Below are positions 34,759 to 48,689 of a DNA stretch of 64,000 bases, one piece after another; within the stretch, counting starts at the first letter, position 1; each line of letters begins with the position of its first letter. The notes below the pieces were generated by a model. It did no database searches. It saw only the letters and a list, made by a program, of their open reading frames with translations, and was not told the DNA's origin. The position numbers and the translations under genes are program-made. This stretch comes from Hydrolagus colliei. Its lineage: Eukaryota. Where the stretch lies: the NCBI GenBank assembly GCA_035084275.1, contig CM068743.1:121706001-121770000 (forward strand), written 5' to 3'.

Positions 34759-37284
34759 ACGCAGACTTGAAGCTGCACTACTTGTCAGCAGGTAGAGAAT
34801 GGGAGAATAGCAATTCTGATGTTGACCCATCGATCAAACGTTCTTGTGTGTGAAATCAGATTCACCTGAATATTGAGAAAATTGGTTTCCAATATTTTTT
34901 ATTAAAAAATAGGCCCGTTTTGGTTGCATGCCCGCATTTAAGGTGTCAATCCTCTCACTCACGCCCTGCTAGCAGGCTGATTGAAGTGGATCTCAGATGA
35001 CCGTGGATCAGTCTTCTGCATATCTTCCTAATAGCTGTAGAAGTGGGTCCAGAGGAATTGGGAAGGATTAATTTGAGATTTGTTGCCCCTTCCCCCTTCT
35101 CCTCTAACACCCTTCCCCCTCCCCCTGCCCATAAGCAACAAGATTTTAAATTAGAGAAGAAAGGTTTGCATTATTTTAAAATAAGTACTGTAGATCTTTA
35201 AATAGGGGAGTCAATGTTAATTTTGTATCTGTATTCTTAATGGTTCACTTTTTTATTAGAGCTGAAAGTAGTGCAGTTTTAATTCTGGCCAGTCGCTCAG
35301 CTGCTATTCCATAGCTATATCAAGATCACTTGTTGTCACATTTGTTGCAAGAAGAAATTATGGATGCAAAATCTTGCTTGGCTGGTGAGAGTACAACATG
35401 TAAACTGAGTAATCACTGCTCAGGTATCTGAATGAGAATTAAGTATAAAGTAATAGGAATATTATACTTAGAAATGTGGCATTATGTGCTTACATTGTTC
35501 TATACAAATCATAGCCATTTACCATATTCCATCCCAAAGGGAAGATGTTCTTTACTGTGTAATCGTGAGGCTTTGAAATATATTTCTACAATGCAAATAT
35601 CGTTTAAAACCCACTTTTAGCTGCACAGAAAAAAAAATCAAGACAACTTAAACCAAATGTTTCTTTTGCTTCAGGTGTTTTACAAATACTGTTTTTTAAT
35701 ACACTTATTTAAACTGACTTATAGCATGTTTTCTGAAGTGTTTAGCCTACATATTTACATCAGTAGCACAGTTAATTTTCAAGCTGGTAGTGTTTTTAGC
35801 TCCTAGAATTAAAGTAGATAGAAGATAGTGTTATTTAGTTGAATGTTACCTGGTGCATTTGTCTAGTTGTTTTGTTGCTAGCATCAGTTCGCTGTGGGTG
35901 TGCATGTGCAAATATTAAAGGATGATAGCAGTCATTGAAGACATTTGTTTCATTTATAGTGCTCGAGGCACAACCTGTTCAAATCCATGCCGTCAGACAA
36001 TTCCTTTGTAAGCTCACAAAGCCAAGGTCGTTACTTGTACTGACCAGAGGAGAATCGATCCCCATGATCCCTACGCTCATAAAAAAAACTGTTCACAAGC
36101 TATGGTTTTGTGAGTTTGAAATATTTTAATTTTGAATAGCTCTAGTTTATTGATTGGACAAACAGAAACCTCTCAAGCCTCTCCCCTCCTCCCTGTATGG
36201 CTTCACACTGGGTTAGGGTTTCATGGGTGCTGGCAGCCCTCTGGTACCTTGTCCATGTGTTCATTCTTTTTTGAAAACTGGCCAGCTATTGACCAGAGAG
36301 ATATCGTAGCAAAGCCTGACCCTGTGCTCATCTCACAACCACCCAACAGCACTTTTCCAGCAGGAATATTAGGACGGCATCCAAGAATGGGATTTGCCCT
36401 ACTTATCGCAGGGATGTTGAGGATCAAATGTAGTGCCCTCTCCTCCCAGCCCCACCCGCACTGCTGGGTCTCAAATCCTTGTCTTTAATGGTGTCTAGAA
36501 AGGGATGATTAATGAAGGAACCTCAGGCCAAATTGTTGTATTTTCTCCTTTTCTCTTCCCTTCCCATTTTAAACTTTAGTTTTAATCCCTCTCATGTATC
36601 CCAGCCAACAGGACCGGTTGGGATCCTGATCCTACTTGTTCCAACAAGTAACAGTGCACCTTTACATTTATTTTCACTGTTGATGTGCAGTGTAAAGGAG
36701 GTCTTGGGCAGCAAGATTTGCAGGTGGACAATTGCTTCTGGCACTAACGGGAAGAGAAGTGGCTTAGCTCTATGCTCCATAAGTGTAGAGTTACCCTTCT
36801 GAGCGGCTTGACCTTTGTATCACGAGCAGTGTACATTTCATGCTTTATTTGTGTGTTTTTATGGGTTGCTTTAAAACATCTGTGTGTTGTGATGTTACTA
36901 ACTAGTATTAGCAGGCATCTTCATGCTTCCCCTAACCTATCATATAGTAAACCATGAAACCTCTTGGGGAAGGTCAAAAAATATCGTTAGGTTTGTAGTT
37001 TTTAAATGTTTTTGTGAGGATTGTCTCTGTGTGTCTCATTGTATGAAATTCTTTCAACTAACTTATGTACTAAGCAAAATATTAGCTTAAAAACAAAATG
37101 GCGTTTGAGTGTATGTGTTAGTGGTCTTCCTTCATTTCTAGCATATTTAATACAACAGTAGAGTTTACAATCTACTTAAATATATTATATATATAGTAGA
37201 GCACGGCAGCCGTGAATTGAAATGCCACAATAGTGCCTGTGCCTACTGTTGGAGCTTGCACAAGGCCCGGGAAATATGTGTAAG

Positions 37285-37331
37285 AGCCAAGCGATGGCTG
37301 GGACAGCCAAGGGATGGCTGGGACAGCCAAG
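37285..37331. repeat. 20-bp tandem repeat (~2.3 units) with internal hairpins
   Basis: agccaag(c/g)gatggctgggac twice. Each unit contains TGGCTG-gga-CAGCCA. Confidence 0.85.
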
Positions 37332-38598
37332 GAGAAAGAAAAGCCAGAGAGACATGAAATTTGATGATGGAGAAATTGGGTGAGATGAATGAAGAGCGTG
37401 TGAAGAGGAACCATGAGAGGAGAAAACTGAAAAGTAGAAAAATAGTCAACATGATCATAAAGTTCGAAAGGTAGAACGATAGGGCAACCTACAATGTGGA
37501 AAAGATATTTTATGTTACAGAGGGATAGATGCTAATAGTACACTCAGAGAGACACCTTACTGTGAACACTAAAGCTAGTCCAGTTTCACTGCGTCAATTT
37601 TAATATTTTGTTCCCTCCCTGGATCCAAGCTTGGAGAGTGTAATACAGTTCACATCGGATCTCTTGTGTAATCTTCCTTTATAGGTATAATTGAGTACCC
37701 ATTAAAACATTACTAAATTTGCCCCACTATTATATATTTGTCACTGCAACGTTAGATTAATGAATACAAGTTAAACATCATGATATCAAAACCCATCTCT
37801 CCTCTTAACTGTACTATTTCACATATAAGATGTGACAGTAAATGAAATTGGAGAGTTGAGAGTTTCCAAAGTGCTGCATTCCCCCTCCTTCACTGCGCAG
37901 TGTGGGCCGTGACCCTTCGACATGTCACAGCACTGCCTCTGAAGGTCAGATCTGCTAAAGCAAGAAATGTAACTGTGAAGTGAACATGGAACAAAACCTT
38001 ACAAACAGCGGTTAAAGCAACGTGATTTCAAATGGGATTCTTTAATTAAGCAACCTGGAAGTAGGTCATGCTGAGTTGCCAAAGCTCTCTCCCAACTCAA
38101 TGTTCTTTCGGAGAGCAGATTCTGTGAGTTGACAGATACCGATTAACAGAAGAAGAACTTGCTTGGATTCTTTCATAAGGAATCCTGTATAAAATTGTCA
38201 TGTTTTGGACCCCATGGACTATCATTTTCATTTTGTGATTTTAACCTGCAGGCTTTCTGTATGTTATTATATGGGTGAGGAAATGTTATCTGGATTATCA
38301 GTTCAAAAAGATCAAATATTACCTAGAGGTACATGAAAGAGCCTCATAATATTCACATTTCTGGCTCAAGTAAATCTTGATACGTTTCCCTCATCCATGC
38401 TATTTATCAATGGATTATGATGTATTATTGCCTTTGTAAAAATACTTGATGGATCTTGGTAATATTTATTACCATATTAGTAGGGTGAGAGGTTGGCTAT
38501 ATATCTAGAAGGAGAAATGGTCTTATTCCCTTCTAAATCATTGATACTTGGTGGTTATATTAATTATTGCTTTGGATGCAATTTCTAATTGTTAAATC

Positions 38599-38604
38599 AA
38601 TAAA
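38599..38604 (+). terminator. Candidate distal CAVIN4 polyadenylation signal
   Basis: AATAAA followed by GT/T-rich downstream elements (ttgtttgtgtgg, tgtgtttttttt). More proximal ATTAAA sites exist (e.g. 34901, ~35809, ~35914). Confidence 0.4.
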
Positions 38605-40869
38605 GAAAATAATACGTACAACTTGTTTGTGTGGGCTCATTCAGTACTTGTGTTTTTTTTACTGTAACTCTCGTATTTAGATTCCTAGGTTACCAATAAA
38701 AGATAGCCTTCTCTCCACAGCTGCTTCTCAGATTGTGTATTCAACAATCACAATTGATTTATTCATGTTAACATTTTTTTAAACAGCCAATAACAACAAG
38801 AATAATTGGAATGATGAACTATGGTTCTATGTAGAATCACAAATATTCTGCCCCAGTTCTCTGGAACTCTATCCTAGAGACCTTCTGACTCTTTCCCCAT
38901 TATCTTCCGAAAAGTACAGACTTTCTATGATTAATCAGAAACTCTCCCAACTCAAAGTGAAACTACCAGCTGAGTGCTGAACAGATTACCTGAAATGAGT
39001 ACCATCCTGAAACATTGACTGTCCAGCACTTTGGGACATCCTCTTGACGAGAAAGGCTCTATACAAGTGTAATTTTGTTGTTGTTGTCCACTCTTAGTTA
39101 GTTCATATAAATTGAGAGAAACAGAATTGAGTCATGTGTAATAAGATAATTCAAGAGAGGCACTATGGAAACATTTCAGGGTCTTGTAAAATGTGCTCTT
39201 AAATCTCAAATGTGCATAAATCGAGAATAGTAAAAAATGAGTCCCAATGTGTGTTGTCCAGTCACATCAAGAACAAACCCAGGAACTGACAGAGACAATC
39301 AATCATGCAGTCATCTCTCAATATGGCAAAGTAGCCCATTATTCTCTCATTGAACTACATTCCTAACTACATTAGATATAGTCAGATATAGTCAAATACA
39401 TTAGATATAGTCAGGTAGAAACAATAAACAAGAGTGACTTTTGCAAGCATGTTCAGATTATTGGCGTGCTTAACTTCTATTACAATATGAGTGGAACCTC
39501 CCTTTTTAGCCAAATTCAAAATACACAGTACTGTATAGCCAAATTCAAATGCAAGGATTATCATTTAAATGATTCTTATCCAATGTGTTAATTTCAGCCT
39601 TCCCTGCTACTCCTCACAAAGTATTTAGAGTGTACCTCTTGTATTCACATCGCTAGAGTTCACATTGGATGGCTGATCAATATGATTAGTAAAATTATAA
39701 TAAACCTTTTGTCTGATGCTTCTCCTGTGATTTCATAGGCATGGACAATCATGACTTTGCACATAGTGCCAATAAATCCACAAGTATTCAAGTGTCACCT
39801 GATCTCAGGGAAGGTTGATTCCGTTTTGTGGAGGGATTGGATTCAGATGATTTTCAATAAGGATCATAGTATGGAGTGTGCTTTAGAACATATTCAGAAT
39901 TACTTCTTAGTTTGAAACTTGAAAAAAGGAAGTGTGCTCCAAAGAAATAAGTGAGCAGAACTATTTTAACTCAAATTTGGTATCAATATTTTTTTTAAAG
40001 AGCCAAATGACCAAGAGACAGTGACCAAATGGCAAAATTAAAAGGACAGTGAAAAGATCTCACCTTATCCCATCCTGTTTTGGGCATTGAAGTGACTGTA
40101 ATGTAATCCTGTGTGACATACCAACCTATATAAATTTAGACTGCCCCTTATTTAGAATCTCACTATTGGAGTATGGTGTCACTGGAAGAATATTCGTTCT
40201 GATAACCACATCTTTCCCCCAAATGGACATTAGCTGCCCAAGGGCCCTTCTTGCAATTGTAATGGATTATTCTTTTGGACCACTAATAAATTTCAATTCA
40301 GTGCCATAATTAGCAATGCCAAATGCAAATTGATTTAACAATATCATTTTAACAAATGCAATATTTATATTGAATGTAGTGACATTTAACATGGAAGTTA
40401 TTTTTTTTTATTGACAACATTAAAAGATAATTGGGATATCAAAAATGTCCACCATCTAGAGCAGTTCTCAACCACCTTGTTCTATTAATAGTACACACAT
40501 TTTAATAAGTACCTCAGTCACTATATCCTACCAAATGCAAGCTTACATATATGGAGTCATCATATATGGAGTCATCATGGCTCTTCATCAGATATGGATC
40601 AGCTTGTATTAATAGATTGTTTCCAGGTTAAGTTAATCATTTTTTTTCTCAATGTTTCTCTTGTTCCCTTTATTTAATAGTGCATGTGACTTTATCTGAA
40701 TCTGAATAAATTGTAGGATCCAATACAACGTGAAACAGGTTTAGGGTTGAGGGCTGCATGCCCAAAAATGGTTGTAGCCTGCTGAGTAGGCTTATATGTC
40801 CCAGTGCATCATGCAAATACGGCTTTCATCTTCCATCACCACAACCACTGACACTAGCACCATTCATGG

Positions 40870-41460
40870 TTGCAATCTTCACCTTATCGAGCCAATCCGA
40901 AACCTCTGTGTCCTTTTCTACCCTCAGCTATCCTTCAAACCCCACATTCATGCTGCCTTTCCCCACCTCCACAACATTGCCTGCCTCTCATCAGAAACCG
41001 CCAAGCCCTGATCCATGCTTTCACTATGTCCCAGCTTGACTACACCAACTGCCGGCTCACTGGACTTCCCAACTCTTTCCTCCACAAACTACAGATTATT
41101 CAGAACTATACAGCTCATGTCCTCTACCCACCAGGCTCCAGGAACCAAGAACCCTCGTCTTGCTCAGCTTTGCTGGCTCCTCATTTCTCAGAGAATAGAG
41201 CATAAAACACTCTTTCTTACCTTCAAGGCTTCCCCCTATCTCTCCGACTTCATAACCCCACATAAGTCTTTCCATTCCCTCCGCTTGGCGAACACCGACC
41301 TGCTTCAGGTCTGCCGCACCTCCTGCCCCACCATTGGCGATCAAGTATTCAGCATCTCTGCCCTCCCGCTCTGGAATTCTGTCCCATAATCTCTCTGCCT
41401 CAGCCCCACCTTTGCCTCTTCAAGTCCTGTCTGAAGGCTTTCTTCTTCAACCGTGCCTTC
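40870..41460 (+). mobile_element. L2 LINE 3' fragment
   Basis: Peptides ALIHAFTMSQLDYTN..LTGLPN..LHKLQIIQN and IGDQVFSISALPLWNSVP. Confidence 0.85.
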
Positions 41461-42589
41461 GACCATCTTCAGATGGATTGGTCGAGGGCAATTACTTTAG
41501 GATATCTATTATGGGTGTTGTTATAGAAATGATCACATTTCAAGAAGTGCAGTGAAATGCCTTTCCAACAACAACAACAACAAAATTGCACTTATATAGC
41601 GCCTTTCACATCGGGAGGACGCCCCAAAGCGCTGAACAGTCTGGTTGGGACCTGAACGTGGTGGGGAGGCTCGGGGTAGGGGAAAGGGGAAGGAGAGTGG
41701 GGAAGAGGGGGAAGAGTTTAGTGGGGCAGCCGAAGGCTGTTTCCAACAATCACCTTTGGGACCATCTTCAGTTATTTTTATATACAGTTCCTCTGTGGAC
41801 ATAGATTCATTAATGTATTTTCGGGACTGATATTAAAGAGACACTATAATCAGGGGATCTCGCTGTGTGAGTGATCTCTGAGACAGTTACCGTAATGTCT
41901 AAATAGGAACCGAAAAGCAAGTTAGAGGAAAATAAAATTTATATTCCACTTTAGTAAAGGTTATTCAGCTTGAGTGGTTGTTCTTTACTGCCAGTGTTCT
42001 CTAGCCCATGATCAATTCTGTAATCCTGAAATTAAATCATTGGTGTATTATGATGCCGAGACATACTTAGTGTGCAGTTTGTAACCTTCCTTGTACTAGA
42101 TTCCACAAGCCCATACCTACTCCGCTTCACTGACTACCCACTGCCACCTGATGCAATTCAAGATACTCATCCTCATTTTCACTTTGCTCCATGGCCTTGC
42201 CATACCCTACCCCTGTGACTTCTTGCAAATCTGTAAGAAGAGCCTTGAGATGTTCTCTCAACACTCAAATGTGCCATTCAAATAAAAAATGTTGCTGATT
42301 TGTGCAGAATTCACTTTCAATCTCAAAGCAAGGCAATGTTTGGTGTAAGCATTAATTTCATTTATTCCTCCCCTACCATTTCTCAAAAAAAACCACACAC
42401 ACACACAATAAAATCTAAAACCCAAAACCATATTCTTTTAATGCGGTAGCTGAGTGGGCTGCATAACACTCACCCAAATCATCAGAACACACGGATGGTA
42501 CCTCAAGTTAATATATTTTGTATTCATTCTGTTGTATTCAACTTTCAGATATATATTGAGATGACATATAGCGCCAGCTAATGGGAAAA

Positions 42590-42790
42590 TAGATTCATAG
42601 AATTTTACGGCACAAAAGGAGGCCATTCGGCCCATCTAGTCTGTGCCGGCTCTTTGAAAAGAGCGATTCAATCCCACTGCCCTGCCCGCTCCCCATAGCC
42701 TAATAGACCTGTTCTCCCTAAATAAAGATCTAATTCCCTTTTAAAAGTTGTTATCGAATCAGCCTCCACCACCTTTTCAGGCAATGCTAG
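42590..42790 (-). mobile_element. CR1 3' end
   Basis: atagattcatagaattttacggcacaaaaggaggccattcggcccatc...gaatcagcctccaccacc. Confidence 0.75.
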
Positions 42791-44064
42791 AACCTGAAAA
42801 TAGAACCTGAAGACTAAGTTTATGTGGCTCTAAACACCAGATCAGGTCAATATTCGTAATTACATTATTTATCAAATATTTGTGTACAGAATTTTCAGCA
42901 ACTATTATATTAGCCATCAATTCTACATTTAGATCAAATTAATGAAATGCAGAAAACAAAACAGCAAGTATAACAGGCATGATTTATAATGGGTGCATGT
43001 GTTGTACTGAGTGCATTTATTCCCTCTCTGCCTTATCCATATGTCATAGCTAGAGATAGCGGTCTTTCATAAACAAGAATGTATAAAGATAGATTGCAAA
43101 GCTAAGCTAATTGTTCAGAAGGAGCACTTTGGGAAAAGAATTGGAACATGATATAATACATACATAACGTATGCTCTGAGCAGTGAATAAAAATAAGATG
43201 TGTTATTCCTGATGGATCATATTTTCATTACCGAATTGTTTCTGAAATGTAGTTTGGGATTTAATTTACGCCTATCACAATCTGATTGCTATTAATCTAC
43301 ATTTGCCTCAGTCCAGCAAGGAATAAAACAGTGTAACATGCTACAAGATACATTTACAAGGGATTTAGAAACTAATTATTTTTAACAATCTTTTTGAATC
43401 ATACAGAACAAAAGGTTGACAACAAAAAAGGAGAGCATCCAACTAAGAATTTCTGTGTTGGTGCTAAGCTTTCTCATTGAAAATATCTACTTCAATTTCA
43501 GTGCCCCGATCTTTCCCTTAACAGTAACTTACATTTACATTCCATGTTAGGAGGACATCTTAAATTCTGTAGTCCATCACATAATTCCTTGCCATGCTCC
43601 ACTAACTCCCCGCTACAGAATGGATTGATTTCCGAGATACTCATATATTCTCGTTCATGCCTTGGTATCTCCCTACCTCTCTGACCTACTTGCACCACAC
43701 ATCAATACCCTTTGCATACACTCAGCTGATACCATCTGATCTTGGTCCCCTCCGCTCCACCATCAGCAGCCATTCTTTCAGCCACTATGCCCTGAAACTC
43801 TGAATGGGCGAGGAAGAGGGAGTCACGATCGAATTTCAGAGAACAGCTGAACAATTGTATAATATCCAAAGCCTAGTTATAATTATAATAATCCTTATAT
43901 TCATTATGGCATGCTTCATGTCAAGAAGATGTCTTAAAGCACTTCACAGTGTGACAGACAATCCGTATACTGTAATGTGCCACAAACAACCATGGCCAAT
44001 TTTATCTGGGGGTTCCCTTCTATAACTTATCTTTGGTTTCTTTCTGTAATCTCTTTGGATAATA

Positions 44065-44437
44065 ATTCTTGCACCTTTCACATTGGGAGGATGTTCCAAA
44101 GTGCTTTACGGGATTTACTGTGACTGTGTGTTTGTGGGCAAACGTGGCAGTCAATTTGAGCATAGCAAAATTCCCCAATAGCCATTAAAGTGAGTGACCA
44201 ATTCTATTTGGGGGAATGGGTGGCCAGGGAAACTCGCTTCACTGTTTGAATAGTGCCTTTGGATTTTTAACTTCCACCTGAATAGGCAGACAGGACCTCA
44301 GTTTAATATCTTATCCAAAGAACAGCAATGCAACACCCCACCTGCAGCACTGCCTTGGAGTGTCATCTTAGACTACGTCAGTTTAAGTCCTGACAACTTT
44401 CTGACCCAGAGGCGAAAGGGCTACCAATTGAGCCAGA
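44065..44437 (-). mobile_element. Near full-length Deu-domain SINE (head, Deu core, shared body, L2-type tail)
   Basis: Tail cctttcacattgggaggatgttccaaagtgc; body gtgggcaaacgtggcagtcaattt; Deu core gaatagtgcctttggatttttaacttccacctg; head ccagaggcgaaagggctaccaattgagcca. Confidence 0.75.
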
Positions 44438-44713
44438 AAGCGACAAAGAATGACTAACCTTACAGTCTAAAAATTGCCACAATTATTTGCATGACCATTT
44501 TCTTGCATGTTGGGCAAAAGAAAACATTGCAGTTTTTGCTTTGATCAGTTTGTTTCTCCCTCTCTAATCAACAGCAGGTTTTGAAGCAGATGCCAACACA
44601 TGGCAAGGTCCACGTGAATGACATTTCCACAGCAGAAATAACAGCAGAGCATAATTGCATTTGGTTGGTGCAATGGAGAAATAATGTGCAGTGGATTGTC
44701 AGGGCATGATAAA

Positions 44714-45033
44714 GAGCTCCTGTAGCTCAGTGGTTAGAGCACTCCCCTTACAAGCGTGAGACCTGTGTTCGAATCCAGGTAGATCAGGGCGAAACCTTGG
44801 GCAGGTTTCCTTACTCCACACGCCTAATAATCGTCCAAAAAAAATCATAATAAAAAAAATTGGTCATTTCAATCCACGACTGTTTGTGGGACACTGCTGT
44901 GCGCAATTGGCTATTGCGTTTCGACCACAAATATACAGTCAATTCGCTTTACAGTATATTCTGTGAAGCGCTTTGAGACGTCAATAAGATGTGAAAATCG
45001 CTATATCAAATGCAAGGATTATTATTATTTATT
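44714..45033 (+). mobile_element. tRNA-derived SINE, most intact copy
   Basis: A box TAGCTCAGTGG 44723-33, B box GTTCGAATCC 44767-76, many CpGs retained, tail ggattattatt. Confidence 0.93.
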
Positions 45034-45061
45034 GATATAAACCCCCCACTCTCCCTTCCTC

Positions 45062-45190
45062 AGCCCTGTGGCCATAGACCTGTGCCCTGAACCTTGTGCT
45101 CTGTGCCCTCAGCCCCTGTGCTGTGCTGTGCGCCCTGCCCCCTGTGCTGTGCCCTGCCCCCTGTCCCCCATGTGCTCTGCCCCCTGCTCT
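45062..45190. repeat. Degenerate (CTGTG/CCCTG)n low-complexity repeat
   Basis: Repeated ccctgtgctgtgc units. Confidence 0.75.
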
Positions 45191-45337
45191 GGCTGTACCT
45201 GTCCTATGTATTAGACAGTCCCAGGTTGGGTGCTGGGTGTGACTGTGTCTCCCTCCCTGCTCGCGCTACACTCACCCCGCTGTCTCCCTGACAGTCACTG
45301 AACTCATTTCTGCTCAGACAGAGACTTCTCCAGAGAA

Positions 45338-45730
45338 CAAAACGCAAAATACTACAGATGCTGGGAATCTGAAACAAAAACAGAAGTTGCTGGGGACACT
45401 CAGCGGGTCAGGCAGCATCCATGGAGAAAGGAAAAGGAGTCAACGTTTCAGGTCTACAACCCTTCGTCAGTGGGGCTTGTTTGGAGGGAGAGGTTTCTTA
45501 AGGACGTTAAAGGGGGAGAGGCAGGACATGGAAGACAAAGGAGAGAAAGAAGACAAAGGAAAAGGAAAAAAGATTGTGTTAACCGATGGGTTGAATATGT
45601 GTTTACGACTTCAGGGGGAGAAACAGAAGGGGGTGGGTTTAAACGAAACTGGGGAGAAGAGGTGTATATTAATTTTACACATTTGAATTAGGTTTTTTAT
45701 CTGTATACCCATGATGCTGACCTATCTGTT
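45338..45730. mobile_element. Penelope-like remnant containing a minimal hammerhead-like core on the minus strand
   Basis: gatgctgggaatctgaaacaaaaacagaagttgctggggacactcagcgggtcaggcagcatccatggaga...aacgtttcaggtctacaacccttcgtcag. Confidence 0.7.
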
Positions 45731-46889
45731 TCCTTGAGAAATACAGCTTCGAAGACTTTCCAAACAGAGTTTATTTAGCTCCGAGGGAATTAAAAGCTGA
45801 GACCTTCTAATAGTTAGCAGTCCTTTCAGAACCCTTTGTTTGCTTTGTACAGCATCCTCAAGTGCAAAGATCTGTCAGATGCCAGAGTGTGTGTATATGG
45901 ATGGAACTCTTACCTCAGGGAAAGAGGATTCAATAAACCGATGCTACTGAACCAGAGAGAATATTATTTCACTGTCTGAGACTCAGAGAATTGCTCTCAC
46001 AAACAGAGTAATCATTCCCATAAAGGTCCCTTTATTGTTTTAACTTGTCTTATGCTTCTGGCATTTGCTGAGAGCTGTGTTTCAGATCTGCAATTTGCAC
46101 CATACATAACATAGGTATATTTTTGTGCGGTTAGTTTAGTTGGTTAGTGCTGTTCTGTGCTATAATTGGTATCATGTTATTGCACCCTGGTAATGTGGGG
46201 ATGACACCCAGCCAATCCAATCCAATCCAAATTACTACAGTAATTGTTTTTTTTTGGAGTGGGGAGCTTTTGGTCAGCCAAGTGTCTGACACGTGAGGAA
46301 TCCCATCGCCAAGCTTATTAGCATCTAAACCATGGTATGGACTAAACTCCATGCCCACATATCACCAGTTCTGGACAGGCTCCACTTGCTCCCCTGCACA
46401 GAAAGGTTGGACTACAATATCCTCACACTTCTGTTTAAATCCCTTTGATCTCTGGCACCTTCCTACCTTTTCAACCTCCTCACTCCCCAATCTCCCACCC
46501 GGCGTATCCGCTCAACTCATCCTGGACTTCTGCTGGTCCCTCACACCCTCCACCCCACAATTGGAAGGCCCGCTTTCATCCACTATGCCCCAAAACACTC
46601 TGCCTCAATCCCTCCACCTTGCCCCCTCTCTCCTCCCTTTTCAAATCCCGCCTGAAAACCTTCCTCTTCAAATGGGTTTACAGCCCCCTCTAACCCTCCC
46701 CCATCCCAGCTCTGAGTCAGGCTCCACCACTGTTAAGTACTCTTAGACACTACCCTGCGTGGAGGATGCTGTATAAGCTTCTGGGTTGAGAGTGCCACAT
46801 ATGTATGCCACTTAAAACAACAAAGCTTGCCATTAACTCTCTTCTGCTTGTCCAGCTAGGCCTACTAGTGAGGGCTTCAGCTTGCAGGA

Positions 46890-47305
46890 TTAATCAATCA
46901 ATCAAAACTCACATTTATATAGCAGCTTTCATATCAAGAGGATGTCCCAAGGCGCTGTACAGTTTGGTAGGGACAAGATCAGGGTGGGAAGAAGTCGGGG
47001 CAGGATGAAGAAGAGTAGGAAAATTGACTGTATACTTGTGGACGAAATGCGGCAGCCAAATTGTGCACAGCAGTGTCCCACAAACAGTCATTGAAGTGGG
47101 ATTACGGGAAAAACAACAACAAAATTGCACTTATATGGCGCCTTTCACGTCGAGAGGTCGTGAAAAGGGGGGAAAGATGGCAAGGGGAAGGGTCGGGGGG
47201 AAGGAGAACAGGAAAGCCAACTGCATACTTGTGGGCGAAACGCGGCAGCCAAATTGCACACAGTAGTGTCCCACAAACAGTCATGGAAGTGGGACTAGGG
47301 GAAAA
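46890..47305 (-). mobile_element. Tandem dimer of the SINE-body/tail-B unit (~200-220 bp each)
   Basis: Two consecutive copies of tacttgtgg.cgaaa.gcggcagccaaattg..cacag.agtgtcccacaaacagtcat.gaagtggga, each preceded by an L2-type tail. Confidence 0.8.
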
Positions 47306-48689
47306 AGGTAATAGTAGCTGAATGTGAAGTATCCTAGTAACTGGTCTGCCCATTCCATGTCTTACTGATGAGCCACATGTGCTCACATCAGCAGTCCCCT
47401 GCAATAACTGCAGACCTACCTGGCTCAGGATCTGGACCATCAGACCACTACAGGCTTGATTCTAACAAGAATTCAGTTGCCAAAAACGTCACCTTGGAGC
47501 CCGTTCAGCTGAGCAGAGACCTGTTTCCTCCTCCCCACAAAAAGATAGTCACTAGTTGGTCATTTCACATCTGATAAACGTGAATTTAAGCCCTCATTAG
47601 GCGGACAGTCCCTGCCAGCTTCCTGGTGAGCAGCGAGGCTCAGCATGAAATGCATGAGAGCATAGTGTAATTGTTAGCCCCCTGGCATGCTACTCTGCAC
47701 AGGCAGAGTATAGACAGGGTGCTGAATGAAATTCTATTAGTATACATTAGACCTGCCAGCAGCAGTGGAGACTTCTTTTGTGCTTCAGTATATGATGTTA
47801 GTTACTGAAGGCAGCATACGGAACAAGTCTGTCCAAAAAGCCAATCATAGGGTGAAAGTAAAGCAGGTTAGGCAGGGAAACAAGCTATCACACACTAGCA
47901 ATGGCTCAAGTGGAAATGACTGTGACAGGGTGCAGTCAGGGAAACACCACTGTATGATCTCGAGGATGAGCAGTATTTGGGGCTGCCGTTACTTCCTTGG
48001 GTCTTTGTACAGTCCAGTGCATCATGGTACACACAGAATTGAAATGCCAAACTGGAGCTGTCTGGCCAGACAGACTTGGAATGGGCAGACCATACTGGGG
48101 GCAGGGATTCTTCCCACTTCTTTTCATGTTTAATGAAGTGTAGTGATGCTCTAATCCAACATCTAAACACAAATGAAGCAGTCACATCATTCCTTTATAC
48201 ATTTCTTCAGTGTGCTTCACACTGCAATAGTATCACATTCATATAGACAATGCAATATTCTATGTTAAACAGGGCATAATTCGATTGGATCTTTCAGCAA
48301 GCATAAGCCAAGAAGCATGTACAGATAGAGGATGTGGCATCTAGCTATAGGACAGTAAAAATGTACGATGCAATACATTTTCAGTACAGAGCAATTACAG
48401 CACAGATTTTTGGAAAACTACCATGATCTTTCTTTAAAAGTTTACAGACAACACACAAATGATTAGGTTCACAAACGCATTGGCACAATAAATTGCATTA
48501 CTGGGTTATAGGTCCGAGCAAGATCAAGCATCAACGAGAACCCAAATAACAGCACTGTTGGCTATAATGAAGTGCAAGTTAGCAAGTCACAGTGAAAACA
48601 TGTCAATGTAAACATTTATCGAGATGCATACGGTTGAATATGGTTTTCTAGTACAACCAGAGTAGCAGGGAACAGGAAGATAAGGCAGA

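Noticed and set aside
33948-34830. Minus-strand ORFs of 176 and 129 aa
   Set aside because: Antisense shadows of CAVIN4 exon 2 with no recognisable protein features.
44714-44790. tRNA gene (A/B boxes; anticodon-like loop CTTACAA or CTTGCAA in various copies)
   Set aside because: It continues into a SINE body and tail, is repeated many times, and has no proper acceptor stem. It is a SINE head, not a tRNA gene.
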